DNA from: a bacterium
GTDB taxonomy: Bacteria; Hinthialibacterota; Hinthialibacteria; Hinthialibacterales; Hinthialibacteraceae
Length of the DNA: 64,000 nt
Direction: 5' to 3'
Assembly: GCA_963663405.2 (NCBI GenBank)
Contig: CAXXSM010000132.1
Location: 160,001-224,000 of the forward strand
The position numbers and the translations under genes are program-made. The notes beneath the pieces are model-generated. The model made no database searches and was not told the origin of the DNA. It was given only the letters and a program-made list of their open reading frames with translations. Numbering within the stretch: position 1 is the first letter of the stretch; each line of letters opens with the position of its first letter. Of the stretch, positions 27,961-38,222 are shown piece after piece.

Positions 27961-29263
27961 ACTCCTCTTGTTTCTCCTGGCTGATCTCTGGTTCTTTTGG
28001 AGGCTCTTTGGAAGGATTGTACCATGCGATGATTTCATTGAGCCGGTGTGAACCGCCAAAGATCCATTCCTGCTTCTCCTTGTCCCAACGCATACCCCAT
28101 CGTTCTTCCGGTGTTACATACGCGTCGGGTGAGATCCAGTGGTGATCCACAGCGATAAATAATTCAAATAAACTGGTATCGGGCAGACGGCCGGAAATGG
28201 ATACAGGAACGGCCCGCAACGCCTGAAAGAATTTTTCCCGGTTTACATTGTATTCATCCAATCCCGCCCACACTTGACGCAGCAATTTATACAACCGCTC
28301 ATCACGGGAATCGGTATTGTAGGTATAATCGAACGTTTCTGAGCGATAGTTTTTTCCTCTTTTTTTTAATATCGCTTCCGCTTGTTTTACGATTGAGCAT
28401 CGAAAGAGCGCTTCTTCTTTGAAATAGCCGGTCAATTCATTAATGTAGTCATCTTCGGTCAATGTTTTACCGGCGGAGGATTCTTTGACAATACGGTTCA
28501 AGGCTTTGCTCAGTTGTTTCCGATAGGGGAAATCGGATTCGTAGATTGCCTCTGAGTAATGGGGCATCTCGGCGTCTGGAACGAGCGCCCATTTCCCGTT
28601 CCGAAAGACAGGCCAATTCCAACGCACAATCCCGCTGTGTTCCCGTGGGACCGGCGCGTTATAAATAAACACATCAAGTGTTGTCGAGTGTTTAAACCGT
28701 ACGTTGGCGGGGACGGACGCTTCGAAGAAGTGGATGGGAATGATCTGAGCTGGATCGATCCGTCCGATGAAACAGGCGTGACTGGCGATGATGTTTTCAT
28801 AGACCATCAGGCCCGGTTTAACGGTATCCGCGTTCAACGCTACCGGATACGTGTCGAGTGGGAACGATTTCGTCGTGATATGATACACAACCGCCAGAAG
28901 AAACGCGCGCAGCCGTTTGTCCTGGCGCCAATCCTTCGCGAGGGGAAGGTTGTCCCATTGCTTAGAGAAATGCCCGATGGTTTTTCCCCACGCGTCGCTG
29001 GCGAGGAAGGGAAGAGAATGATTACGCGCGAAAACCGCCCGGACCAGATAGCAATTATCCGCGCAGTCCACCGGTAGACGGACCGGGACGAAGAAATCTG
29101 TATCGACTTCCGTGGCGATCCACTCGCTGTACTGGTCTTCCCACGTCTCATTCCATGAGTTGACCACTTTCCAAACGGCGGCTTGTGAAACCGGCGCCGC
29201 CATTATGAACGCCAACAGGAATGAACCGAATCGAATCATGTCACTCATCATCACATATCCCAT
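27917..29263 (-). CDS. Secreted hypothetical protein, 'DCAD' family paralog 1
   Basis: Signal peptide then VWKVVNSWNETWEDQYSEW, DCADNCYLVRAVFARNHSLPF, IIASHA; clearly homologous to the neighbour. Confidence 0.8.
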   Translation of the reverse strand: MGYVMMSDMIRFGSFLLAFIMAAPVSQAAVWKVVNSWNETWEDQYSEWIATEVDTDFFVPVRLPVDCADNCYLVRAVFARNHSLPFLASDAWGKTIGHFSKQWDNLPLAKDWRQDKRLRAFLLAVVYHITTKSFPLDTYPVALNADTVKPGLMVYENIIASHACFIGRIDPAQIIPIHFFEASVPANVRFKHSTTLDVFIYNAPVPREHSGIVRWNWPVFRNGKWALVPDAEMPHYSEAIYESDFPYRKQLSKALNRIVKESSAGKTLTEDDYINELTGYFKEEALFRCSIVKQAEAILKKRGKNYRSETFDYTYNTDSRDERLYKLLRQVWAGLDEYNVNREKFFQALRAVPVSISGRLPDTSLFELFIAVDHHWISPDAYVTPEERWGMRWDKEKQEWIFGGSHRLNEIIAWYNPSKEPPKEPEISQEKQEEYGEYNRTPPVQDWQ

Positions 29264-29407
29264 CGCAGATGGAAAACTATATCCGAAATTATAAAATTCA
29301 CCTAGAAGTGAGTGAATTGAAATATATCGTACTAACCAACAGTACTATGAGTAACGTTTATATGATGGGTAAGCGAATAAATCTCAAAAAGTAGAAAGGT
29401 AAACATA

Positions 29408-31149
29408 ATGAAGAAATGGCCGATTTCTGTTTTTATGATTGTCTCACTCGTTTTATTGCAGTGGGGGCCCGTAATTAGTGGAGAGGATAACAGCGATATC
29501 GATCCGAAAGTGAGGGAAATTATCGAAAATGCGTCTGAATACCTTGCTGGATTGGACCATTTCAGCATGGAAATCACAGCAATCACGAAAAATGAAGCGG
29601 AGGGGATGAAGGCGGAGATGACCCAGATTCAAGCAGTTTCAATCGAACGGCCTAACAAAATGGCCAGCCGCAACACGTTTGGGTATATGGGATCTACCTT
29701 GGTTATGGACGGTGAATCGATCTATTCCTATACGAATATAATGAACTCATATACTAAAAATCCCGCTCCTTCTAGTTTAGATGATTATGTAACGAATAAT
29801 ACAGCTAGAACTATGGGTTCCTTGATCGGTCAAGTTGAGCAATTAGCGCCGATCGTGACATTCTTTATTCGTGAAGAACCCAAAAAGTTACTTTTAAAAG
29901 ATGTAAAAGAAGCGATTTTTCTAGGCCGGGAAAATATTGATGGCGCTCCTTGTTGCCGCCTCCAAATCACGGATCAATATATCGATTGGGATATCTGGAT
30001 TGAAGAAGGAGACAGGCCTTTCATTCGCAGAATCAGTGGAGATGCGACAAAACGTATGATGGAACAACGCGCGCAATCGCCGATCCGTATAGAAATGAAA
30101 TTGTTTGTGGATGTCCGGTATGATCAATGGAATCCAGATCCCGAATTTGATGAAAAAACCTTCGTTTTCACTCCACCAGAAGGCGCCAAGGAAGGTCCTG
30201 ACATGGGAGGTATGGTCCGGCCGGTTCAAGAGGATTCAAATCATCCTCTTGTAGGACAACCCGCGCCGGAGATCACGCTGGATCTGTTGGATGGCACACA
30301 ATTCAACCTCGCCGACCAGAAGGGAAATAAGGTCGTCATTCTCGATTTTGGGCCACTTGGAACGCTCACTGCCGTGAGAATACACCCATGCTGGCGGAAA
30401 TTGAGGACGCTTACAAGGATGAAGGGGTTGTCCTTATCGCCATCAATCAGGGCGAATCCGATAAAGCAATCCGTGGATTTCTTGAAGAGGAAGGATTAAA
30501 AATCAACGCCGCCAGGGACCTAAGAGGAGAGGCGGGAAAACAATTTCAAATCGCTGGATTCCCACAGACGGTTCTTATCGGCAAGGACGGCATCGTGAAG
30601 AGTGTCTTTGTTGGATTTATTCCCGAAAGGAAAGAAGACCGGAAAAACCAGATTACCGCGAAACTCGATGAATTATGCGGCCCCGGCGCATCCGCCTCGA
30701 ATCAAAAAACGCAAGGATCGTTCAGCCGCGCCGCCGATCGAGGTAGAGCCGCCCGCGCCCAAGCCGATATTCGATCTCTCAAAACCGCTATCGCGATGTT
30801 CCAACTGGACAATAACGCGTATCCGAAATCTTTGGGAGATTCCCGATCGATTGGAGACGCTGGAATCAAGATCGGCAGTGGCGCCAATCCGAGAATTATC
30901 CGGCTGACCACACCCATCGCCTATCTTTCAAGAATTCCGGCTGATCCATTCGATCCTGAAGGGAAACCGTATCGCTATTTCTTTGACGGGAAAAACAATT
31001 TCGTTATCGTCTCCAACGGCCCCAATCGGGAACCGGATTTTGACGAACGGACGTATAAAGGCCAGTCGATCGACGAGCTTTCCCAATTCCTCTATGATCC
31101 CAAAAAGCAGGATGGAGATTCGGGGGATATTATTTTTGTCGGCCCTTGA
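29408..31149 (+). pseudogene. DUF2092 + TlpA-like thioredoxin + pseudopilin C-domain fusion, split by a 1-nt frameshift at ~30349
   Basis: One extra T in GATTTTGGGCCACTTGG restores KVVILDFWATWNAHCRENTPMLAE and joins ORFs 29408-30499 and 30388-31149. May be a sequencing error. Confidence 0.7.
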
Positions 31150-31180
31150 TAAATTTAAGATTCTGTTTGATGCTTGGAAG

Positions 31181-31205
31181 GAGGGGTGGCCGATGGCCGC
31201 CCCTC
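31181..31205. terminator. GC-rich hairpin after the fusion gene
   Basis: GAGGGGTGGCC-GAT-GGCCGCCCCTC; no clear U-tract. Confidence 0.4.
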
Positions 31206-31241
31206 TCGCCGTTATGAAATTTGATGCAGGTGGTTAAAACC

Positions 31242-32347
31242 ATGTCAAGACTCGTCTGTCAGTCAACCAAAGCCACATATTCGCTGAACGATCCTCGCTG
31301 GCGGTCCGAATCCGGTGGATTATTGGATATTGAATACGATTTCACCTTTGATCTTTTAGCGATCCAAAAACGGGCTCCAACACTATGGCGTTACCGTGAA
31401 GCGATCCCTATCGAGCGGGATGAGAATATCGTCTCATTCAACGAGGGATTCACCCCCCTTGTCCCAGTCGATATCGATGGCCGGGAGATCCACCTCAAAC
31501 TCGACTATCTCTTTCCCACAGCTTCATTTAAAGATCGGGGCGCGACGGTTCTGATCAGCAAGGTGAAGGAATTGGGGATCGATCGGGTCCTGATCGATTC
31601 TCCGGCAACGCGGGATGCGCCGTCTCGGCCTACTGCGCACGCGCGGGTATCGCCTGCGATGTCTATGTCCCCGCGCACGCCTCCCCGGCGAAGATCGCGC
31701 AGATGAAACTGTTCGGCGCGCGTGTCCATTGCATTCCCGGCTCACGTGATGAGACTGCGAAAGCCGCGCTCGAAGCCGCGGAAACGGTGTACAACGCGGC
31801 CCATTCATGGAATCCGTTTTTCTCGCAGGGTACGAAGACTCTCGCCTATGAGATTTGGGAACAGATGGAGTACACCGCCCCGGACGCGGTCCTCGTACCC
31901 ACCGGGAATGGGACTCTGCTGATCGGCTTGCATATCGGTTTTCAGGATCTGCGGAAACAGAATTTAATAGACACCGCGCCCCGCCTGATCGCCGTACAGG
32001 CGGCAAACTGCGCTCCACTCTATCCCATGTTTCATGAAGGCCTGACCGAGCCGCCGACCATTGAAACGCTGGAAGTCGTCGCCGAAGGCATCGCGATTCC
32101 CACCCCGCCCCGCGCCCATCAATTACTCGAAGCGATCCGCGAAACCGATGGAACCGTGCTCGTGGTCACAGACGAGGAAGTTACACAATCCATGCGGGAC
32201 CTCTGCGCAAAAGGCCTCCACGCCGAACCCACCTCCGCCGCCACCGTCGCCGCCCTGCGCCACTACACCGCCAAAGATAATGAACGGATTGTCGTTCCAT
32301 TGACGGGGCATGGCTTGAAATCGAAGTTTGGTTTGGGGGTGGAGTGA
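31242..32347 (+). pseudogene. thrC: Threonine synthase-like PLP enzyme, frameshifted at ~31600
   Basis: EGFTPL, PTASFKDRG; one added base restores DSSGNAGCAVSAYCARAG; GTKTLAYE, PTGNG, EPTSA, LTGHGLK. Confidence 0.8.
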
Positions 32348-32476
32348 TGAGAGATAAATCTTCATTAGAAATTCTCAAATATTATTTTGTATATGGCGTA
32401 TCTATCAAATCTCATATTATGGATTATATAATTGCATTATCGGATTCATGCAATTTGGTGAGATTGAGGATAGAAA

Positions 32477-32797
32477 ATGGTACGAATACCCAGTCATAGA
32501 GAGCCAACCCACCCCGGTGAGATGCTCCTGGAGGAATTCCTAATCCCGATGGGGATCACACAAAGAGAATTGGCTGATTCCATTCACGTTCCTTATCAGC
32601 GTGTGAATGAAATTGTAAATAAAAAAAGAGGCGTTACGCCAAGCACAGCCTTGCGGTTGGCAAAATATTTCGGGATGTCTGAAGAGTTTTGGATTAACCT
32701 GCAACTACGCTGGGACCTATATAAAGCAAAAAACAAAGAGTTTAATACGTTAAAGGCAATCAAACCGGCAAACATTCAACATACATCAGCCCAGTAA
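32477..32797 (+). CDS. higA: HigA family antitoxin (Xre HTH); no toxin upstream
   Basis: PTHPGEMLLEEFL, TQRELA, TALRLAKYFG, FWINLQ. Confidence 0.9.
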   Translation: MVRIPSHREPTHPGEMLLEEFLIPMGITQRELADSIHVPYQRVNEIVNKKRGVTPSTALRLAKYFGMSEEFWINLQLRWDLYKAKNKEFNTLKAIKPANIQHTSAQ

Positions 32798-32848
32798 CGA
32801 TCGTTTGAATTATGTGAAAGACAAAATAAGCAAACATGGAGCAAACCA

Positions 32849-34017
32849 ATGATCCCCTCATTGGAAATCAAAAACTTCCGCACGTTCGATTATCTAAAAA
32901 TTGACAAACTCGCCCAGGTGAATTTGATTACAGGAAAGAACAATGTTGGGAAGACGAGTTTGTTAGAGGCGATTGCGCTTTTGAAATATGAAGGGCGGTT
33001 AAATGTAATTCAAGAATTCGGTAATATTGAAAATCGGGTCATCAATTTATTGAACACATTTTTCATGGTTATATTTTATCAAATATATGAAGAATGCCTG
33101 AAATATCAATTGGTACTAATTTAGCATCTATGAATATCCTTAAAATAATACCCTTATATGATGATAGTATAAAATGTCATTTTGGAATTAGAATTCGATT
33201 TAATAAACTCTCAGGAACATTTAGTTTTAAAAAATTAGAAGATGTTTGGATTTCTGATTGGTCATCAGATGCCTCGAAGAAATGCAATTACATATCTCCC
33301 AATGGGCTTAATTTTAAAGTATTTGAAGAAATGTGGAACGGTCTATATTGAATCTCCTTTGGAAGAGGATGTTATCAATGGGTTAAAATTGATCGTGCCT
33401 GAGATTCAACGAGTTGGACTAATTAAGGAGAAGGAATCAGTTCATTTTTACGTACCACCAAGTGGATTAAATTTAAAGATATTCAAAGATTGGTGGAACC
33501 ACCTTTGTTTATCTACTTTTGAAGACGATGTAATCAATGGATTGAAATTGATAATACCTGATATCCAACGGATTGGTCTGAAGGAGGAATATGTTAAGTT
33601 CGTTGATGAAATTCAGAGAAAATTATCTTCCATTTTAAAAGCGAAAATAGAAGGATTGGATTTTGCTGTTCCTTTAGAGAGTTTCGGTGGTGGCGTTCTC
33701 CGCGATTTTGGAATCATATTATCGAAAGACGGCGTCTTGCTGATCGATGAATTTGAAAATGGCTTACATTATTCCGTCCAACCAGAAATATGGAAATTAA
33801 TATTGACATTAGCCAAACGTCTGAATGTGCAGGTCTTTGCTACTACACATAGCTGGGACTGCATTGAAGCGTTCAAAGAGGCGACTGGGGAATGTAAGGA
33901 AGATATATCCTGTCAATTAATTCGTTTAAGCAAAAAGAATGGCAAGTTTCTTATCGACGATCTATTGACGCGGATGAACTGCCAGTGGTTACGCGGCAAA
34001 AAATTGAGGTGCGCTGA
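32849..34017 (+). pseudogene. AAA_15/AAA_21 ABC-like ATPase with several frameshifts
   Basis: LEIKNFR, Walker A GKNNVGKTS, Walker B LLIDEFENGLH, QVFATTHS, and typical IEVR* end in another frame (stop 34017). Confidence 0.8.
33289..33590 (+). repeat. Internal tandem duplication (~53 codons) in the ATPase
   Basis: YISPNGLNFKVFEEMWNGLY/ESPLEEDVINGLKLIVPEIQRVGL vs YVPPSGLNLKIFKDWWNHLCLSTFEDDVINGLKLIIPDIQRIGL; copies start at 33289 and 33449. Confidence 0.8.
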
Positions 34018-34018
34018 T

Positions 34019-34668
34019 ATGTGTAATGGAATGCCCGGTTGCTTGTAGAAGGGAAGGACGATCTACATGTATTCTGTCATCTACGCGATTATCACAATGT
34101 GCCAAAGTGTTTTGAAATAAAAGAATGTGGTGGCGCTGATGAGGTGTTAGCCAGTATCGAAAACAACCGCGAAAGCGCTACGACAAACTGGGTATCGTTA
34201 TTGACGCTGATCTGGATATAGAAAAACGTTGGAAGCAGATACAAAAACGCTTACTAGACGCAGGATATCCCCAATCCTCTATTCCTGCTAATCCCGAACC
34301 GGATGGAACAATCATTGAATCTCAAGACAATAAACTCGCCCATCGTCGGCGTTTGGATTATGCCCGACAACAAAATTCCTGGTATCCTCGAAGATTTCAT
34401 CCAATTTCTTATTCCCGAAGAGGATACTTTAATGCCCCGTGTGAATGACTGCATCGATACAATCCCTTCAGCGGAAAAGAAATTCGCAGACGCGCATATG
34501 GCCAAAGCGCAGATTCACACTTGGCTCGCATGGCAGGAAAATCCAGGTCTGCCTTTTGGAACTGCGATTACTGCAAAATTTTTGGATGCCGATCGTGATC
34601 AAGCAGGAATCTTAATCAACTGGTTGAAGCGCCTATTCCTTCCAATCCTTTCTCAAGAAACCGCCTAG
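34019..34668 (+). pseudogene. DUF3226 (TOPRIM-like) partner protein, frameshifted
   Basis: LLVEGKDD, GIVIDAD, GVWIMPDN..PGILEDF and KAQIHTWLAWQENPG are spread over different frames. Confidence 0.75.
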
Positions 34669-34735
34669 TTCCATATAAAAAATCATAAAAATAACACTAC
34701 TCTCTCTTGATTTTGTTATTTATCTATGATTAAAT

Positions 34736-34747
34736 ATACAAATGTTC
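34736..34747 (+). promoter_or_regulatory. Possible LexA (SOS) box upstream of recA
   Basis: ATAC-AAAT-GTTC resembles GAAC/GTAC-N4-GTTC boxes; 36 nt before the probable recA start. Confidence 0.35.
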
Positions 34748-34783
34748 AGTTTGTATCATCTTTCCCATATGGAGGGGCGTATC

Positions 34784-35851
34784 GTGGCTGAGGAGATTCA
34801 AGATAAAAGCAAGGCGATCGGGCTTGCGATTTCTCAGATTGAAAAACAGTTCGGGCGCGGCTCGATTATGAAAATGGGGGATATTCCCCAGCACCGGATT
34901 CCCGTGATTTCGACCGGTTCGATTGGGCTCGATTGGGCGTTGGGAGTTGGGGGTGTGCCGCGGGGACGGGTCGTGGAGATCTATGGTCCGGAATCGTCCG
35001 GCAAGACAACCTTGGCGCAGCATATTGTCGCCGAAGCCCAGAAAGCGGGGGGCACAGCCGCGTTTATTGACGCCGAACATGCGATCGATGTCGGATACGC
35101 CGAAAAGTTGGGGGTCGATGTGGAAAATCTCCTCGTTTCGCAACCGGATACGGGCGAACAGGCGCTGGATATTGTTGAAATGCTCGTTCGAAGCGGCGCG
35201 TTGGATATCATCGTAATTGATTCCGTGGCGGCTCTTGTGCCCCAAGCGGAAATCGATGGCGAGATGGGCGATCATCAAATGGGATTGCAGGCGCGCTTGA
35301 TGTCCAAAGGGCTGCGTAAATTGACAGGACTTCTCAACAAATCCCATACATGCGCTGTTTTCATTAACCAGATCCGTGAGAAGATCGGCGTCGTATTCGG
35401 CAATCCGGAAACCACGACAGGGGGACGCGCGTTGAAATTCTATTCTTCCGTGCGTCTTGATATCCGCCGAACCAGCACAATCAAAGATAAAAACGAAGCG
35501 ACCGGCACACGGGTGAAAGTTAAAGTTGTTAAAAACAAGGTGGCTCCCCCCTTCCGGGAGGCGGAATTCGATGTCTTGTTCGGTGAAGGCATCTCCCAAA
35601 CCGGTGAATTGCTCGATCATGGAGTCGCATACAATATCATCGAAAAAAGCGGCAGCTGGTATTTATATGGGGATGATAAACTCGGACAGGGCCGTGAAAA
35701 TTCGAAGCAAACTCTCCAATCCGATCCCGCATTGTTTGAAGAGATCCGGACCAAAGTCCGCGCAGCTCTTGGTTTTGATGGCGAAAGCGTCGAAGAGGAG
35801 AGCGAACCAGAAAAAGAGAATAAATCCAAATCAAAAGCCTCAAAAAAATAA
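34784..35851 (+). CDS. recA: Recombinase A
   Basis: [44 protein letters not shown]; GTG start after GGAGG. Confidence 0.98.
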   Translation: MAEEIQDKSKAIGLAISQIEKQFGRGSIMKMGDIPQHRIPVISTGSIGLDWALGVGGVPRGRVVEIYGPESSGKTTLAQHIVAEAQKAGGTAAFIDAEHAIDVGYAEKLGVDVENLLVSQPDTGEQALDIVEMLVRSGALDIIVIDSVAALVPQAEIDGEMGDHQMGLQARLMSKGLRKLTGLLNKSHTCAVFINQIREKIGVVFGNPETTTGGRALKFYSSVRLDIRRTSTIKDKNEATGTRVKVKVVKNKVAPPFREAEFDVLFGEGISQTGELLDHGVAYNIIEKSGSWYLYGDDKLGQGRENSKQTLQSDPALFEEIRTKVRAALGFDGESVEEESEPEKENKSKSKASKK

Positions 35852-35970
35852 TCCGGAACAATGCGGAAACGAGCCGGTTTGCGCATGTCAAAACGCGGTT
35901 ATAGTGTGTAGGAAGGACGCTTTGATTAACACCCATTCATCCTTATTGAGTGATTGGACCGCGCGCCCCG

Positions 35971-37290
35971 ATGAGCGATCTTTATGAAAAACTGAAGCGG
36001 TTTAAACAGATCGGCGCGAATGCGACGGATATTCCTGCGCCTACGGATTCTTCCCCGGTAAAACAAACTTTCCCCGAAGGGCTGCTTAACATACCCGGTG
36101 TTCTCCCCGCGTCCAAATTAGCCGCTCACAAGCAAAAGCGGGAAGAAGAAAAACACCGTGTCCTCGCAACGATGGGGGTGGAGACCATCCAAAACGAAAC
36201 CGGTTCATATGGATATCGCGAACGATCCTATCCTCTCCACGATCTCGCCTATTCCAGCCGGGATATCACTCCTAATGAACTGCGCTATTTGACGCGGGAT
36301 GAATGTCTTGAACCAGTCGAGGCTTCGGATCTCCTCTTTATTGATACGGAAACCACCGGTCTGGCGGGAGGCGCCGGCACGGTTCCATTTCTCGTGGGAA
36401 TCGGTTTTTTTGAAGAACGCTCTTTTAAAGTTTGCCAATTTTTATTACGCGATTATCACGAAGAAGAAGCGATGCTGATCGATCTGCGGCGGCGGGTGGC
36501 GCCGTTCAAAGCGGTCGCGTCGTATAATGGGAAGACATTCGATTTACCTCTTTTGCGTACGCGTTATCTTCTGCAACGCCAAACCTTTTCCTTGCCCGAT
36601 TATCCCCACTTCGACTTGTTGTATCCAGCGAGGCGTTTCTGGCGGTCCGTTCTGCCGGATTGCTCGTTGGGGACAGTCGAAGAGGAAATCTTAGGTCATA
36701 CACGCGGGGAAGATATCCCAGGGAGTTTAATCCCCCACGTGTTTTTCGATTTTCTTCGCGGTGTACGGATCGATCGTATGCGTCCCGTCTTGTCTCACAA
36801 CGCGGAAGATGTGATTTCACTCGCCATGTTAGCGGCTAAAATGTGCCGGTTATTGAGTGATCCATTACACGAGCGCATGCATGCCGCTGAATTGCTGGCG
36901 ATCGCCCGGATAATGGAAGGTGAATCTCCCAGTCTCGCCAATCATTGTCTGGAACATGCGTTATTACTACCGGATCTCTCTACAAAAATAAAACAGACCA
37001 TCGAAAAACAACTTTCTCTTTTCTACAAGCGAATGGAACGATTCGATCAGGCCGCCGCGATTTGGATACGAATGGCGGATAGGCCAGAAGACCTATTCGC
37101 GCATATCGAACTTGCAAAATATTACGAACATTATAAAAAACAGTTCCCGGAGGCTTTGGATGTCACAGAAAGAGCCCTTCAACTCATGAGGAATCTCTCT
37201 GATAATAATCCGCGGAACGACGCTTCTTTTTTACAAGCTCTTTCGCATCGCCGTGCGCGGCTGTTGCGTAAATTAAATCGTGGTTCATAA
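35971..37290 (+). CDS. RNase_H_2 (YprB/MrfB-like) DEDD exonuclease with TPR tail
   Basis: FIDTETTGL.GGAGT, YNGKTFDLPLL, HFDLL, HNAEDV, ELAKYYEH. Confidence 0.85.
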   Translation: MSDLYEKLKRFKQIGANATDIPAPTDSSPVKQTFPEGLLNIPGVLPASKLAAHKQKREEEKHRVLATMGVETIQNETGSYGYRERSYPLHDLAYSSRDITPNELRYLTRDECLEPVEASDLLFIDTETTGLAGGAGTVPFLVGIGFFEERSFKVCQFLLRDYHEEEAMLIDLRRRVAPFKAVASYNGKTFDLPLLRTRYLLQRQTFSLPDYPHFDLLYPARRFWRSVLPDCSLGTVEEEILGHTRGEDIPGSLIPHVFFDFLRGVRIDRMRPVLSHNAEDVISLAMLAAKMCRLLSDPLHERMHAAELLAIARIMEGESPSLANHCLEHALLLPDLSTKIKQTIEKQLSLFYKRMERFDQAAAIWIRMADRPEDLFAHIELAKYYEHYKKQFPEALDVTERALQLMRNLSDNNPRNDASFLQALSHRRARLLRKLNRGS

Positions 37291-37544
37291 TGATGGATAC
37301 TGCCGTGGTGTAAATCGTGAAATGCCCTATACTCAAGGGAACGCTGTAATGAAATGGATTCGTCAGAATATCCGATTCATGATATTATTTTAGATGAAAA
37401 TGAGTTTCTATGGTTTTCTCGTTCGGGATATCTCTCGCAACTCATTTTCATTTGCAGTTGTGATCTCGATCCTGAAGGGTTTTACGAGATACAATATAAT
37501 TTAGTCATATAACAATAGTTTAATGAACATGGGAGGTTTTACAG

Positions 37545-38120
37545 ATGAAGAGTAGAAGAGCGTTCACTTTGATTGAATTGCTTATTGTTGTCGCCATCAT
37601 TGGCATCCTGGCCGCCATCGCCGTGCCGAATTTCCTGCAGGCGCAGATTCGCGCGAAAGTGTCGCGGGTTCAGGGGGATTTTAAAGCGTTGGCGACTGCT
37701 CTTGAGATGTACCATCTCGATAACGGACGTTATATCAGCCGTCAGGGCAACATATCATGGCCTTATCGCTTCTATCCACTCACAACGCCTGTGGCCTATG
37801 TCTCCAATGGCCGCTGGCCGGATCCATTTGCGCCGGATTGGGCTGTTACACCGGATGGCGACCCAGTTAATTATTGTTATGAATCGAAAGGATGGCCTGA
37901 AGCGCCGAGTCCGTACTTAGGCAATAAACTCCGGGGCTCCCCCCACGAATTTCTGCAAGATAAAGAAGACAACTATGAATTCGCGCTCATCTCCGCCGGA
38001 CCGGATACGGATCTGAACGCTGATTCAGGAGCCAAAGGGCAGCCTCAAGATGTGTTCTTTCTTTACGACACGTCTAATGGAACCATTAGCGCCGGTGATA
38101 TTATTCGCTTTGGCCCTTAA
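37545..38120 (+). CDS. Prepilin-type N-terminal cleavage/methylation protein (GspG-like)
   Basis: RRA|FTLIELLIVVAIIGILAAIAVPNF, LTTPVAY, DPF, SAGPD, YD.SNG...GDI; GGAGG RBS. Confidence 0.9.
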   Translation: MKSRRAFTLIELLIVVAIIGILAAIAVPNFLQAQIRAKVSRVQGDFKALATALEMYHLDNGRYISRQGNISWPYRFYPLTTPVAYVSNGRWPDPFAPDWAVTPDGDPVNYCYESKGWPEAPSPYLGNKLRGSPHEFLQDKEDNYEFALISAGPDTDLNADSGAKGQPQDVFFLYDTSNGTISAGDIIRFGP

Positions 38121-38163
38121 TCGTTGTTCATTTTGATCTAGATTGTGATGGTTTATACGTAAT

Positions 38164-38195
38164 AAAAAGGCCGGGCAGCGATTCGGCCTTTTTTT
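38164..38195 (+). terminator. Rho-independent (bidirectional-type) terminator
   Basis: AAAAAGGCCG...CGGCCTTTTTTT. Confidence 0.8.
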
Positions 38196-38222
38196 CATAA
38201 TTTAATTGTAATTTTTTCTACC

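Noticed and set aside
30340-30400. Selenocysteine or programmed frameshift at the thioredoxin motif
   Set aside because: The position is AAC rather than TGA and there is no clear slippery heptamer; neighbouring genes carry similar indels.
34730-35620. 296-aa ORF antisense to recA
   Set aside because: Shadow ORF caused by codon bias of a conserved gene; no independent motifs.
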